Positions 12,128 through 20,491 of a DNA stretch of 55,239 bases are shown here, one piece after another. Position numbers and translations under genes: made by a program. The notes beneath the pieces were generated by a model that saw nothing but the letters and a program-made list of their open reading frames with translations, was not told the DNA's origin and ran no database searches. Source of the DNA: Candidatus Methylomirabilota bacterium (lineage in GTDB: Bacteria > Methylomirabilota > Methylomirabilia > Rokubacteriales > CSP1-6); the NCBI GenBank assembly GCA_035260325.1, contig DATFVL010000062.1:1-55239 (forward strand). The letters run 5' to 3'. Position 1 is the stretch's first letter. The number at the start of each line of letters is the position of its first letter.

Positions 12128-13333
12128 TCAGGCCTTCAGCCGGTCGGCGCGCACTTCCTTGGGCAGGCCGAGCACGCGCTCGCCGATGATGTTCTTCTGG
12201 ATCTCGGAGGAGCCGGAGTAGATCGTGCCGGCGCGCGACCAGAGGAACGCCGTCGCCCAGGTGCCGGGCTCGCCCGAGGAGGTGTCGATCTCCTCGAACT
12301 CCTCGCGCGCGGAGATGAGCTGGCCGTACGGCCCGAGGATCTCCAGCGCGAGCTCGAAGTAGCGCTTCTCGAACTCCGTGTAGGAGAGCTTGGTGATGGA
12401 CGACGCGGCGCCCGGCGAGTCGCTGTTCTGCAGCGCCGACAGCACGCGCAGCGCCGCGTAGCGCTGGACCTCCAGCTCGGCGTAGGCCTTCCCCAGCTTC
12501 GCGCGGACGGCCGGGTCCTCGAGGAGCGGCTTGCCGCCGCGCCGGAGCTCCTTCGTGGCCCGGACGAGCTGGTTGAACGCGATGGCGTAGCGCGTGACGC
12601 GCCCGAGCGAGTTGGCGCCGCGCTCCCAGCCGAGCGTGGTCTGCGCGATCTCCCAGCCGCGGTTCAGGCCGCCGATGAGGTCGCGCGGCTCCGCCCGCGC
12701 GTCGGTCATGAAGACTTCCGAGAAAAGCGAGGAGCCCGTGATCTGCTTGAGTGGCCGTACCTCGACGCCGGGCTGGCGCATGTTGAGGAGCAGGCACGAG
12801 ATCCCCTTGTGCTTGGCGACCTTCGGGTCCGTCCGCGCGAGGAGGATCCCCCAGTCGGCGATGGGCCCGCTCGACGTCCAGATCTTCTGGCCGTTGACGA
12901 GGAAGTGGTCGCCCTGGTCCTCGGCGCGCGTCTTGAGGCTCGCGAGGTCGGAGCCCGCGTTCGGCTCCGAGTAGAGCTGGCACCAGATCTCCTCGGCGGT
13001 CAGCATCTTCCGGAGGTAGCGCTGCTTCTGCCAGTCGGTGCCGTGGACGATGATCGTCGGGCCGATGAACCCGATGCCGAGGCCGTTGATGGGCGGCGGG
13101 GCGGAGAGGCGCGCCATCTCGTCCTGGACGATGGCTTGCTGCATCGGCGCGCGCCCCCAGCCGCCGTACTCCGTGGGCCACAGCATCCCGACGTACCCCG
13201 CCTCGTAGAGCTTCCGGTGCCAGGCCTTACGCTCGTCGAGCGTCTTCAGGTCGTCCCGGGGGACGTTGGCCCCGAGCCAGCGCCGGACGTCGGCACGGAA
13301 GGCGCGCTCTTCAGCGGTGGGAGTCAGGTCCAT
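12128..13333 (-). CDS. acyl-CoA dehydrogenase family protein
   Basis: 401-aa ORF with GAGGAGG upstream of ATG 13333. WPTEYGGWG..QLYSEPNAGSDLASL..IYSGSSEIQKNIIGERVLGLP. Confidence 0.9.
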   Translation of the reverse strand: MDLTPTAEERAFRADVRRWLGANVPRDDLKTLDERKAWHRKLYEAGYVGMLWPTEYGGWGRAPMQQAIVQDEMARLSAPPPINGLGIGFIGPTIIVHGTDWQKQRYLRKMLTAEEIWCQLYSEPNAGSDLASLKTRAEDQGDHFLVNGQKIWTSSGPIADWGILLARTDPKVAKHKGISCLLLNMRQPGVEVRPLKQITGSSLFSEVFMTDARAEPRDLIGGLNRGWEIAQTTLGWERGANSLGRVTRYAIAFNQLVRATKELRRGGKPLLEDPAVRAKLGKAYAELEVQRYAALRVLSALQNSDSPGAASSITKLSYTEFEKRYFELALEILGPYGQLISAREEFEEIDTSSGEPGTWATAFLWSRAGTIYSGSSEIQKNIIGERVLGLPKEVRADRLKA

Positions 13334-13360
13334 CGTCCGCCTCCTCGCGGGGAATGAGCG

Positions 13361-13389
13361 TTTCTAGCACGCAGGCCGAGGCGAATCAA
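13361..13389 (-). promoter_or_regulatory. putative sigma70-like promoter for acyl-CoA module A
   Basis: Minus strand reads TTGATT (13389-13384), 17-nt spacer, TAGAAA (13366-13361), about 28 nt upstream of ATG 13333. Confidence 0.3.
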
Positions 13390-13409
13390 TGGGCGCGCCC
13401 GCGGCGCGT

Positions 13410-14240
13410 CTAGCCGGCCGCGGGCGGCGGGAGCTTGTAGATCGCCGTGTGAAGGATGTGGGCGACGGGACGCGGCCGGTCGCCCGCGACGATGAGCAGG
13501 TCCGCCTCGACGAACTCGCGGCCCTTCTTCTCGAACAGCGAGCGCACGCGGCCGCGCGTCTCGAGCGTGGCGCCGACGCGCGCGCCGCCGAGGTGGCGCA
13601 CCACGCTGCCGACGTGGAGCCACGGGTCCATCCGCACGTTCCTGTCGAGGGCGCGGTTGGCCTGGTCGAGGAAGAACCCCGGGTGGACGAAGCCGTCGGC
13701 GCCCCGGTAGAGGTCGAGCGCGTCGCCGACCTTCTCGAGGTACTCGCCGGCGCGCGCCGCGTCGTAGGCGTTGACGGGCGTGCCGAGGGTGGCGAGCGCA
13801 TCGAGGTGTGCGCGCGTGGCGGCCGGGCGCTCCGCGGGCAGCGGCGCCCGGGGATAGCGCGCTACGTTCACCTGCGTCGGCGTGCCGGCGGGGATGGTCG
13901 CCGTCATCGCCGCGCACTCGCCGGCGCTCGCGGTGGACGCCGTGAGCGAGGCGGTCACGCCGCGCTCGTCGCGCGCCGTGACCGTCCCCGACACCGTGAG
14001 CTCCTCGCCGTCGAGGACCGGCTTCACGAACCTGACGCTGGCCGTGCCGCGCTCCAGCCATCCCGTCCCGAACGCCTCGGCGAGCGGATGGGTCATGTAG
14101 GCGTACACGGTCACGCCCGGGACCAGGCCGCCGCGGAAGCCGTACCGGCGCGCGACCGCGTCGTCGTGGATCTTGTTCTCCGAGCTCGTCGCGGTGTTGC
14201 GCGCCTTGACGCGGTACTCGGGCAGGGCGTCGCCGCTCAC
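13410..14240 (-). CDS. MaoC-like (double hotdog fold) dehydratase family protein
   Basis: GTG 14240 overlaps the GYD stop (GTGA). Contains SSENKIHDDAVARRYGFRGGLVPGV and a second hotdog-like half. Confidence 0.75.
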   Translation of the reverse strand: MSGDALPEYRVKARNTATSSENKIHDDAVARRYGFRGGLVPGVTVYAYMTHPLAEAFGTGWLERGTASVRFVKPVLDGEELTVSGTVTARDERGVTASLTASTASAGECAAMTATIPAGTPTQVNVARYPRAPLPAERPAATRAHLDALATLGTPVNAYDAARAGEYLEKVGDALDLYRGADGFVHPGFFLDQANRALDRNVRMDPWLHVGSVVRHLGGARVGATLETRGRVRSLFEKKGREFVEADLLIVAGDRPRPVAHILHTAIYKLPPPAAG

Positions 14241-14530
14241 GGCAGTGAGGCGATGAGCTTCCGGTACTCGGCCTCGGTGAACGCCTTCATCGTGAGGGTG
14301 CGGACGTTCCCGCCCGCCGCGAGCGCGAGGACGAACTTCGCCATCGCCTCGTCGTTCGGCGCCTCGGCCACCGTGACGATGTCGTGGGCGCCCATCGTCA
14401 GGTAGAACGCCTTCAGCTCGCCGCCCAGGTCCTTGATGAGCTTCTTGGCGGCGTCGAGACGCTTGGGGCTGTCCTTCACGTTCTTGACGCCTTGGTCGGT
14501 GTAGTTGACGAGGGCGATGTAGGTCGCCAT
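14237..14530 (-). CDS. GYD domain protein
   Basis: ATG 14530 with AAGGAGG upstream. MATYIALVNYTDQG..FYLTMGAHDIV is typical of the GYD family. Confidence 0.85.
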   Translation of the reverse strand: MATYIALVNYTDQGVKNVKDSPKRLDAAKKLIKDLGGELKAFYLTMGAHDIVTVAEAPNDEAMAKFVLALAAGGNVRTLTMKAFTEAEYRKLIASLP

Positions 14531-14542
14531 GGGGGGCCTCCT

Positions 14543-14572
14543 TTGGTTGCGCCGGGTGGACAAGTATATAAT
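14543..14572 (+). promoter_or_regulatory. putative promoter for the lemA operon
   Basis: TTGGTT (14543-14548), 18-nt spacer, TATAAT (14567-14572). ATG 14584 lies only 11 nt beyond the -10 box. Confidence 0.3.
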
Positions 14573-14583
14573 CGGAGCCGGTC

Positions 14584-15180
14584 ATGGTGCGCGGCCTCCT
14601 GATCGCCCTCGCCGTCGTCGTCCTCGTCGTGGGCGGCATCGTCGCGTGGGCGATCTCGGTCAACAACCAGCTCGTCCGTCTCGAGCAGGACGTCAACGAG
14701 AAGTGGGCCCAGGTGCAGAACGTCTACCAGCGCCGGGCCGACCTCGTCCCGAACCTCGTCGAGACCGTGAAAGGCTTCGCCGCGCAAGAGAAGACGGTCC
14801 TGGAGGAGGTCACGAAGGCGCGCGCGAGCGCGACCTCGATCCAGCTCACCCCCCAGGCCCTGAACGACCCGAAGGCGCTCGAGCGCTTCCAGGCGGCGCA
14901 GGGTCAGCTCTCGGGCGCGCTGAGCCGCCTGCTCGTCACGGTCGAGCGCTACCCCGACCTGAAATCGAACCAGAACTTCCTCGCGCTCCAGTCCCAGCTC
15001 GAGGGGACCGAGAACCGGATCGCCGTGGAGCGGCGGAAGTTCAACGAGTCCGTGCGCGAGTACAACACGCGCGTGCGGCTCTTCCCCGGCTCCGTCGTCG
15101 CGGGGCTCGCCGGGTACCAGCAAAAGGCGTTCTTCGAAGCGGCGCAGGACGCGCAGGGCGCGCCCAAAGTGAAGTTCTAG
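14584..15180 (+). CDS. lemA: LemA family protein
   Basis: N-terminal TM helix, then NQLVRLEQDVNEKWAQVQNVYQRRADLVPNLVETVKG..ERYPDLKSNQNF..RKFNESVREYN. Confidence 0.9.
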   Translation: MVRGLLIALAVVVLVVGGIVAWAISVNNQLVRLEQDVNEKWAQVQNVYQRRADLVPNLVETVKGFAAQEKTVLEEVTKARASATSIQLTPQALNDPKALERFQAAQGQLSGALSRLLVTVERYPDLKSNQNFLALQSQLEGTENRIAVERRKFNESVREYNTRVRLFPGSVVAGLAGYQQKAFFEAAQDAQGAPKVKF

Positions 15181-15241
15181 ACCGCTGCTCCCGCTCCTCC
15201 TCGCCGCCGCCCTCGTCCTCCCCCCGGCTCCGAGCGCCCGC

Positions 15242-15964
15242 GTGAACGACTATGCCGGGCTCCTGGCGCCCGCGGCGCGCGAGCGGCTCGAGCGGACGCT
15301 CGCCGAGCGCGAGCGCGCGACGGGAGCCCAGATGGCGATCGCGATCTTCCCGTCGCTCGAGGGCGAGGACGTCGCCGACGTCGCCAACCGGCTCTTCCAG
15401 AAGTGGAGACTCGGCCGGAAAGGCCTCGACAACGGCATCCTGCTCGCGGTGTTCGTGAAGGACCGCAAGCTGCGCCTCGAGGTGGGCTACGGCCTCGAGT
15501 CCGTCGTGACCGACGCGGTCGCGAGCCAGGTCAACCAGGCGGTCGCGGCGCGGTTCCGCGAGGGCCGCTGGGCCGACGGCCTCGCCGCGGCGGTGGACGC
15601 GGTGTACGCGCGGATCGGCGCGGCGAGCGCCGACCGGATGCGCGGCGAGGCGGAGGGGTTCCGGCGGAGCCAGCGGCGCCACGAGGAGAGCGCCGACCTC
15701 TACCTGATCCTCTTCCTCGCGCTGTTCGGCGGGATCGTCGCGAGCCTCGTGTGGGAGGCGTCGCGCCAGCGTCACGGCCTGACGGCCAGCCGTCGCGGCG
15801 TCGACCGGACGAGCGGCGGATGGGGCGGCTGGTACATCGGCGGCGGGGGCTGGTCCGGGGGAGGCTCGGGGGGCGGCGGCTGGTCCGGCGGTGGTGGAGG
15901 CGGCGGAGGATTCTCGGGTGGCGGCGGCGGGTCCGGCGGCGGCGGCGCGAGCGGGGATTGGTGA
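15242..15964 (+). CDS. TPM domain protein (YgcG-like) with TM segment and Gly/Trp-rich tail; the true N-terminus is probably upstream (see findings)
   Basis: VNDYAGLL..QMAIAIFPSLEGEDV..NGILLAVFVKDRKLRLEVGYGLE. First canonical start is GTG 15242, but the same frame encodes a signal-peptide-like stretch from 15179. Confidence 0.8.
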   Translation: MNDYAGLLAPAARERLERTLAERERATGAQMAIAIFPSLEGEDVADVANRLFQKWRLGRKGLDNGILLAVFVKDRKLRLEVGYGLESVVTDAVASQVNQAVAARFREGRWADGLAAAVDAVYARIGAASADRMRGEAEGFRRSQRRHEESADLYLILFLALFGGIVASLVWEASRQRHGLTASRRGVDRTSGGWGGWYIGGGGWSGGGSGGGGWSGGGGGGGGFSGGGGGSGGGGASGDW

Positions 15965-16392
15965 TGGCGCGCCACCCGCGATGGGCGCGGCGGTTCCTCT
16001 CCGAGGCGGACTTCGTCGCGATCACCGACGCGATCGTGCGGGCCGAAGCTCGGACGTCGGCGGAGATCCGCGTCCACGTCGAGCGCCGCGTCCCGCGCCG
16101 GCTCTTCCGGCGCACCCCCGACCCGCTCACCCGGGCCCGGCACGTCTTCGTGAAGCTCGGCATGCACCGGGCCGCCGAGCGTCACGGCGTCCTGATCTAC
16201 TTAGCACTCGGGGACCGGAAGCTCGCCGTCGTCGGCGACGGCGGGATCCACGCGCGCGTCGGCCCGGGCCACTGGCACGGCGTCCGCGACCGCATGGTGG
16301 ACAAGCTCCGCGCGGGAGCGCCGCGCGAGGCGATCCGCGGCGCGATCGAGGAGGTCGGGGCGGCGCTCGCGGCGCACTATCCCCGGGTGTAG
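15964..16392 (+). CDS. TPM domain protein (second, cytoplasmic type)
   Basis: ATG 15964 shares its A with the upstream TGA. FLSEADFVAITDAIVRAEARTSAEIRVHV..HGVLIYLALGDRKLAVVGD. Confidence 0.8.
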   Translation: MARHPRWARRFLSEADFVAITDAIVRAEARTSAEIRVHVERRVPRRLFRRTPDPLTRARHVFVKLGMHRAAERHGVLIYLALGDRKLAVVGDGGIHARVGPGHWHGVRDRMVDKLRAGAPREAIRGAIEEVGAALAAHYPRV

Positions 16393-16409
16393 GCTCTGAG
16401 TATCCGAGC

Positions 16410-16751
16410 ATGAGACGGACCGCCGGCGCGCTCCTCGTCCTCCTGGCGCTGCCCGCGCTCGCGGCGGCGCAGAGCGATCCCGCGCGCGAGCCCGGCCGCG
16501 TGCCCGTCGAGATCCGGCGTGGCGAGGTGTCCCCCGAGGCGAAGGTCGGCCGCCCGATCGTTCCGCCGCCCGCGCAGGACCCCGCGAGCGTGAGCGAGGC
16601 CGAGCGCGCCGCCGCCGCGTTCGAGCTGGTCCGGCGCGGCCAGCAGTTCATCCGCGGCGAGACCCGGCCGATGCCGCGCCGCCCCGACCTCGGCTACGAC
16701 GTGTACGGCGGCATCCAGCAGAAGAACCTGCAGCGGTCGCCGCCGCGCTAG
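16410..16751 (+). CDS. hypothetical secreted protein
   Basis: ATG 16410. Signal peptide MRRTAGALLVLLALPALAAAQS. No family recognised. Confidence 0.5.
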   Translation: MRRTAGALLVLLALPALAAAQSDPAREPGRVPVEIRRGEVSPEAKVGRPIVPPPAQDPASVSEAERAAAAFELVRRGQQFIRGETRPMPRRPDLGYDVYGGIQQKNLQRSPPR

Positions 16752-17911
16752 CGGCCGAGCAGGAACTCCTGGGCGGCGCCGAGCCCGGCGCCGAGCTTCA
16801 CCGGCACACCGAGCTCCTTCAGCATCATCTCCACGCCCGCGAGGCCTCCGAGCAGGTCGAGCTCGTTGAGGCTCCCGAGGTGGCCGATGCGGAAGACCTT
16901 GCCCTTGACGGCGCCGAGGCCGACGCCGAGCGAGAGCTCGAGCCTCCGGTAGGCGAGACGGATCAGCTCGTCGGAATCGAAGCCCTTCGGCATGACGACC
17001 GCGGTCAGCGTGTTCGAGTATTCCGCGGGGTTCCGGCAGAGGAGCTCGAGCCCGAGCGCCTTCATCGCGCGGCGGCAGGCTTCGGCGAGCCGCGCGTGGC
17101 GCTTGAAGACCTTCTCGAGCCCTTCCTCGTTCAGCATGCGGAGCGCCTCCTCGAGGCCGAAGAGGAGCGCGGTCGCCGGCGTGTAGGGATACTCGCCGCG
17201 CTTGTTCCGCTCGAGGACGGGTTTCCAGTCCCAATAGGCGCGCGGGCAGCGCGCCTTCTCGGCGGCGCTGATCGCCTTCTCGCTGGCCGCGAGGATCGCC
17301 ATGCCGGGCGGCAGCATGAGGCCCTTCTGCGGCCCCGTGAGCGCGACGTCCACGCCCCACTCGTCGAAGCGGAAGTCGATCGACGCGAGCGAGGAGACGG
17401 TGTCCACGAGGAGGAGCGCCGGATGCTTCGCGCGGTTCAGCGCGGCCCGGACGGCGGCGATGTTCGACGTGACACCCGTCGAGGTCTCGTTGTGGACGAC
17501 GAGGAGGGCCCTCAGCTGGTGAGCCGCGTCCGCCTTGAGGCGCCGCTCGACCTCGTCGACCGGCACGCCCGCGCCGTAGTCCACCTCGACGCGCTCGACG
17601 TCGATCCCGTACGCCTCGGCGGTGCGGGCGAAGCCCGTCGAGAAGTGACCGTTGACGACGGCGAGCACGCGGTCGCCCGGCGACAGCGTGTTGACGAGCG
17701 CCGCTTCCCACGCGCCGGTGCCCGAGCCCGGGTAGAGGATGACGTGGCCGCTCCGCGTCTTGAAGACGCCCTGGAGCCCCTCGAGGCACGCCTCGACGAG
17801 CGCGGCGAACTTCGGTCCGCGGTGGTCGATGATCGGCTGCGACATCGCGCGGACGATCCGCTCGGGCACGAGCGTCGGGCCGGGGATCTGGAGGAACGTG
17901 CGTCCGGGCAT
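16748..17911 (-). CDS. class V aminotransferase (serine-glyoxylate / alanine-glyoxylate aminotransferase type)
   Basis: 387-aa ORF. FLQIPGPTLVPERIVRAM..PIIDHRGPKF..VVHNETSTGV..TGPQKGLMLPPG. Confidence 0.9.
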   Translation of the reverse strand: MPGRTFLQIPGPTLVPERIVRAMSQPIIDHRGPKFAALVEACLEGLQGVFKTRSGHVILYPGSGTGAWEAALVNTLSPGDRVLAVVNGHFSTGFARTAEAYGIDVERVEVDYGAGVPVDEVERRLKADAAHQLRALLVVHNETSTGVTSNIAAVRAALNRAKHPALLLVDTVSSLASIDFRFDEWGVDVALTGPQKGLMLPPGMAILAASEKAISAAEKARCPRAYWDWKPVLERNKRGEYPYTPATALLFGLEEALRMLNEEGLEKVFKRHARLAEACRRAMKALGLELLCRNPAEYSNTLTAVVMPKGFDSDELIRLAYRRLELSLGVGLGAVKGKVFRIGHLGSLNELDLLGGLAGVEMMLKELGVPVKLGAGLGAAQEFLLGR

Positions 17912-17919
17912 GCGTCGAG

Positions 17920-17933
17920 TCTAGCATGCTAGA
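17920..17933. promoter_or_regulatory. perfect 14-bp palindrome TCTAGCATGCTAGA (candidate operator) in a 36-bp divergent intergenic region
   Basis: Read directly from the sequence. It equals its own reverse complement and lies between the starts at 17911 (-) and 17948 (+). Confidence 0.4.
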
Positions 17934-17947
17934 TTAGGCGCGCCGCC

Positions 17948-19048
17948 ATGACGCGTGACGAGATCCCGACCCCCGCGCTCCTGCTCGACCTCGACCGCTT
18001 CGAGCGAAATCTCGCGACGATGGCCGCCCACGTGCGGAGCGCGGGCAAGGCGATCCGCCCCCACGCGAAGACCCACAAGTGCCCCGAGATCGCGAAGCGC
18101 CAGATCGCGGCGGGGGCGCGCGGCGTCGCCTGCGCAAAGCTCGGCGAGGCCGAGGTGATGGCGCGCGCGGGCGTCCGGGGCCTCCTGATCACGACCGAAG
18201 TCGTGACGGCGACGGGGCTCGGGCGCCTCACGCGGCTCGTCGCCGAGGCGCCCGACACGATGGTCGTCGTTGACAACGCGGAGAACGTGGCCACGCTCGC
18301 CCGCGCCGCGGCGGACGCCGGCATCGTGGTGAGCGTCCTCGTGGACGTCGACGTCGGCAACCGGCGCACCGGGATCGCGCCGGGCGAGCCGGCGCTCGCG
18401 CTCGCCCGCGCGGTCGTCGCCCAGCGCTCGCTCCGCCTCCGCGGGCTCCAGGGTTACGCGGGCCAGTGCGCCCACGTCATCGGCTGGGAGAAGCGGCGCG
18501 AGGCGTCGCTGGCCGCCATGCGCCCGCTCATGGAGACACGGGCGCTCCTCGTGCGCGCTGGGCTCCCCGTCGAGATCGTCGCGGGCGGGTCGAGTGGCAC
18601 CTGGGACATCGACGTCGAGCTCGGCGGGCTCACCGAGCTCCAGTCCGGCTCCTACTGCGTCATGGACCTCGACTACCGCCGCATCGGGGGACGGGGCGGG
18701 CCGCTCCTCACCGACTTCGAGATGGCGCTGACGGTCGTCGCGACGGTCGTCAGCGTCACGCCGGGCGACCGCGCCATGGTGGACGCAGGGCTCAAGGCCT
18801 TCTCGACCGACAAGCCGTTTCCCCCGGAGTCGGTCGAGCGCCCGGGAATCGCGTACGGCTTCGCGGGTGACGAGCACGGCCGGCTCGCGATCACCGACCC
18901 CTCGCGCGCGCCGCGTCTCGGCGAGCGTATCGAGTTCTTCCCGCCCCACTGCGACCCGACGATCAACCTCTACGACTGGATCCACGCCGTGCGCGGCCCG
19001 AAGGTCGAGGCCGTCTGGGAGATCGCCGCGCGCGGGCGGTCGGACTGA
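17948..19048 (+). CDS. DSD1-family PLP enzyme (D-serine deaminase / D-threonine aldolase-like, alanine racemase N-terminal fold)
   Basis: TPALLLDLDRFERNLATM..IRPHAKTHKCPEIAKRQ..ACAKLGEAEVMA, with C-terminal FFPPHCDPTINLYD. Confidence 0.85.
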   Translation: MTRDEIPTPALLLDLDRFERNLATMAAHVRSAGKAIRPHAKTHKCPEIAKRQIAAGARGVACAKLGEAEVMARAGVRGLLITTEVVTATGLGRLTRLVAEAPDTMVVVDNAENVATLARAAADAGIVVSVLVDVDVGNRRTGIAPGEPALALARAVVAQRSLRLRGLQGYAGQCAHVIGWEKRREASLAAMRPLMETRALLVRAGLPVEIVAGGSSGTWDIDVELGGLTELQSGSYCVMDLDYRRIGGRGGPLLTDFEMALTVVATVVSVTPGDRAMVDAGLKAFSTDKPFPPESVERPGIAYGFAGDEHGRLAITDPSRAPRLGERIEFFPPHCDPTINLYDWIHAVRGPKVEAVWEIAARGRSD

Positions 19049-19093
19049 CTCGTGCTGTGTTGCGGTGACACTCTGACTTGGAGGGCTCGCCCT

Positions 19094-19345
19094 ATGACCA
19101 CCCAAGGCCTCATCGTTTTCCTCGTCATCGGCCTCTGTGCGGGCTGGCTCGCGGGGAGGATCATGAAGGGCAGCGGCTTCGGTCTCGTCGGTGATCTTGT
19201 GGTCGGGGTTGTCGGTGCGTTACTCGGGGGCTGGGTCTTCGGCTTGCTGGGTATCGTCGCCTACGGCCTGCTCGGCTCCCTGATCACGGCGCTGACGGGT
19301 GCCCTGTTGCTCCTCTTCCTCCTGCGCCTGGTCAAATCCGCCTAA
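19094..19345 (+). CDS. GlsB/YeaQ/YmgE family small membrane (transglycosylase-associated) protein
   Basis: ATG 19094 follows GGAGGG. GLIVFLVIGLCAGWLAGRIMKGSGFGLVGDLVVGVVGALLGGW. Confidence 0.8.
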   Translation: MTTQGLIVFLVIGLCAGWLAGRIMKGSGFGLVGDLVVGVVGALLGGWVFGLLGIVAYGLLGSLITALTGALLLLFLLRLVKSA

Positions 19346-19406
19346 ATACTCGAGGCGAGGACGCAGACGACGCCTGGCGCTGGCCACGGAGTGAGAGGGT
19401 GTCACT

Positions 19407-20048
19407 CTAGGCGAGGAGCTGAAGCAGCTCCGGGAGCGTAGCCAGCCTGAAGTCGGCCTCGCTGAAGTCCTCGTGGCGCGTGGCGGGGCAGGGGACCGCC
19501 GCGCACGCCATGCCCGCCGCCTTCGCGGCGAGGAGACCGTTGCGCGAGTCCTCGACGACGAGACAGTCGCGCGGCGGCAGGGCGAGCCGGCGCGCGGTCT
19601 CGAGGAAGACGTCGGGCGCGGGCTTGCCGCGCCCCACCTCGAGCCCGGAGACGAGCGCCTCGAAGACAGGCGCGAGCCCGAGCACCTCCACCGTGGCCTC
19701 GATCACCTCGACCGCCGACGAGGACGCGACGGCGAGACGGTAGCCGAGGGCCCGGAGCCGCCGCGGCACCTCCGGGATCCCGCGCATCGGCACCGTGCGC
19801 TCGCGCGTCTGCCGGACCAGGAGCTCGGCGCGACGGTGGGCCAGCTCGCGCGCGTCGGGCAGGCGGCCGTGACGCTCGCGCAGGATGCGGAACACCTCGA
19901 GGTCGGTGAAGCCGAAGAACTGCTCGTTCTCCTCGTCGGTGTAGGGGACGCTGTACGGCCGCAGGACCTCGCGCATCGCGTCCAGGTGCATGGGCTCGGA
20001 GTCCACGAGGACGCCGTCCATGTCGAAGATGACGGCCGCGAACCTCAC
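19407..20048 (-). CDS. HAD-IA family hydrolase (beta-phosphoglucomutase-like)
   Basis: AVIFDMDGVLVDSEP motif I; VASSS; GKPAPDVF; VVEDSRNG. Confidence 0.85.
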   Translation of the reverse strand: MRFAAVIFDMDGVLVDSEPMHLDAMREVLRPYSVPYTDEENEQFFGFTDLEVFRILRERHGRLPDARELAHRRAELLVRQTRERTVPMRGIPEVPRRLRALGYRLAVASSSAVEVIEATVEVLGLAPVFEALVSGLEVGRGKPAPDVFLETARRLALPPRDCLVVEDSRNGLLAAKAAGMACAAVPCPATRHEDFSEADFRLATLPELLQLLA

Positions 20049-20491
20049 GCGGCCGGCCGGTAGGCGATCAGGTACCTGTGCTCGCCCTCCAGCACGGTCT
20101 CGCCACGCTGGTTCGTGAGCGCGACGCGCAGCGTGAGGAGCCCGGCCGAGCGCTTGCGCTCGAGGCCGACCACCGCGTGCTCCGGGTGGATCGTGTCGCC
20201 GATGAAGGCGGGGGCGAGGAAGCGCGTCCGCTGCTCCACGAACGCGACGATGGAGTCCACGATGAGGGGCGCCAGGGTCGACGCCCCGACCGCGGTCATC
20301 GATGTGAGCAGGAGGCCGTGAGCGAGCCGCCGGCCGAAGCGCGTCTTCTTCGCGTACGCGTCGTCATAGTGGATCGGGTGCGCGTCGCCGGTCAGGCCCG
20401 CGAAGGAGAGGAAGTGGGCGTCGCTGAGCGTCTTCGACGGGCTCTGGAACCGGTCGCCGACGGCGAAGTCCTCGAACCAGCGCTGGGTCAC
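20045..20491 (-). CDS. MaoC family dehydratase (single hotdog)
   Basis: GTG 20491 overlaps the Dus stop (GTGA). FAGLTGDAHPIHYDDAYAKKTRFGRRLAHGLL. Confidence 0.8.
   Translation of the reverse strand: MTQRWFEDFAVGDRFQSPSKTLSDAHFLSFAGLTGDAHPIHYDDAYAKKTRFGRRLAHGLLLTSMTAVGASTLAPLIVDSIVAFVEQRTRFLAPAFIGDTIHPEHAVVGLERKRSAGLLTLRVALTNQRGETVLEGEHRYLIAYRPAA

Noticed and set aside
15169-15181. Programmed +1 ribosomal frameshift at the lemA stop (TTC TAG A), analogous to prfB.
   Set aside because: The P-site Phe codon UUC cannot re-pair in the +1 frame (UCU), and no upstream SD-like stimulator is evident. A CTG start or a 1-nt indel is at least as likely. I kept this as a low-interest observation rather than a recoding claim.
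15830-15960. Highly repetitive GGC/GGT-rich stretch that looks like a simple-sequence or CRISPR-like repeat.
   Set aside because: It is in frame within the TPM-domain gene and encodes the Gly/Trp-rich tail (GGWGGWYIGGGGWSGGGSGGGGWSGGGGGG..) typical of YgcG-like proteins. There is no repeat-spacer periodicity.
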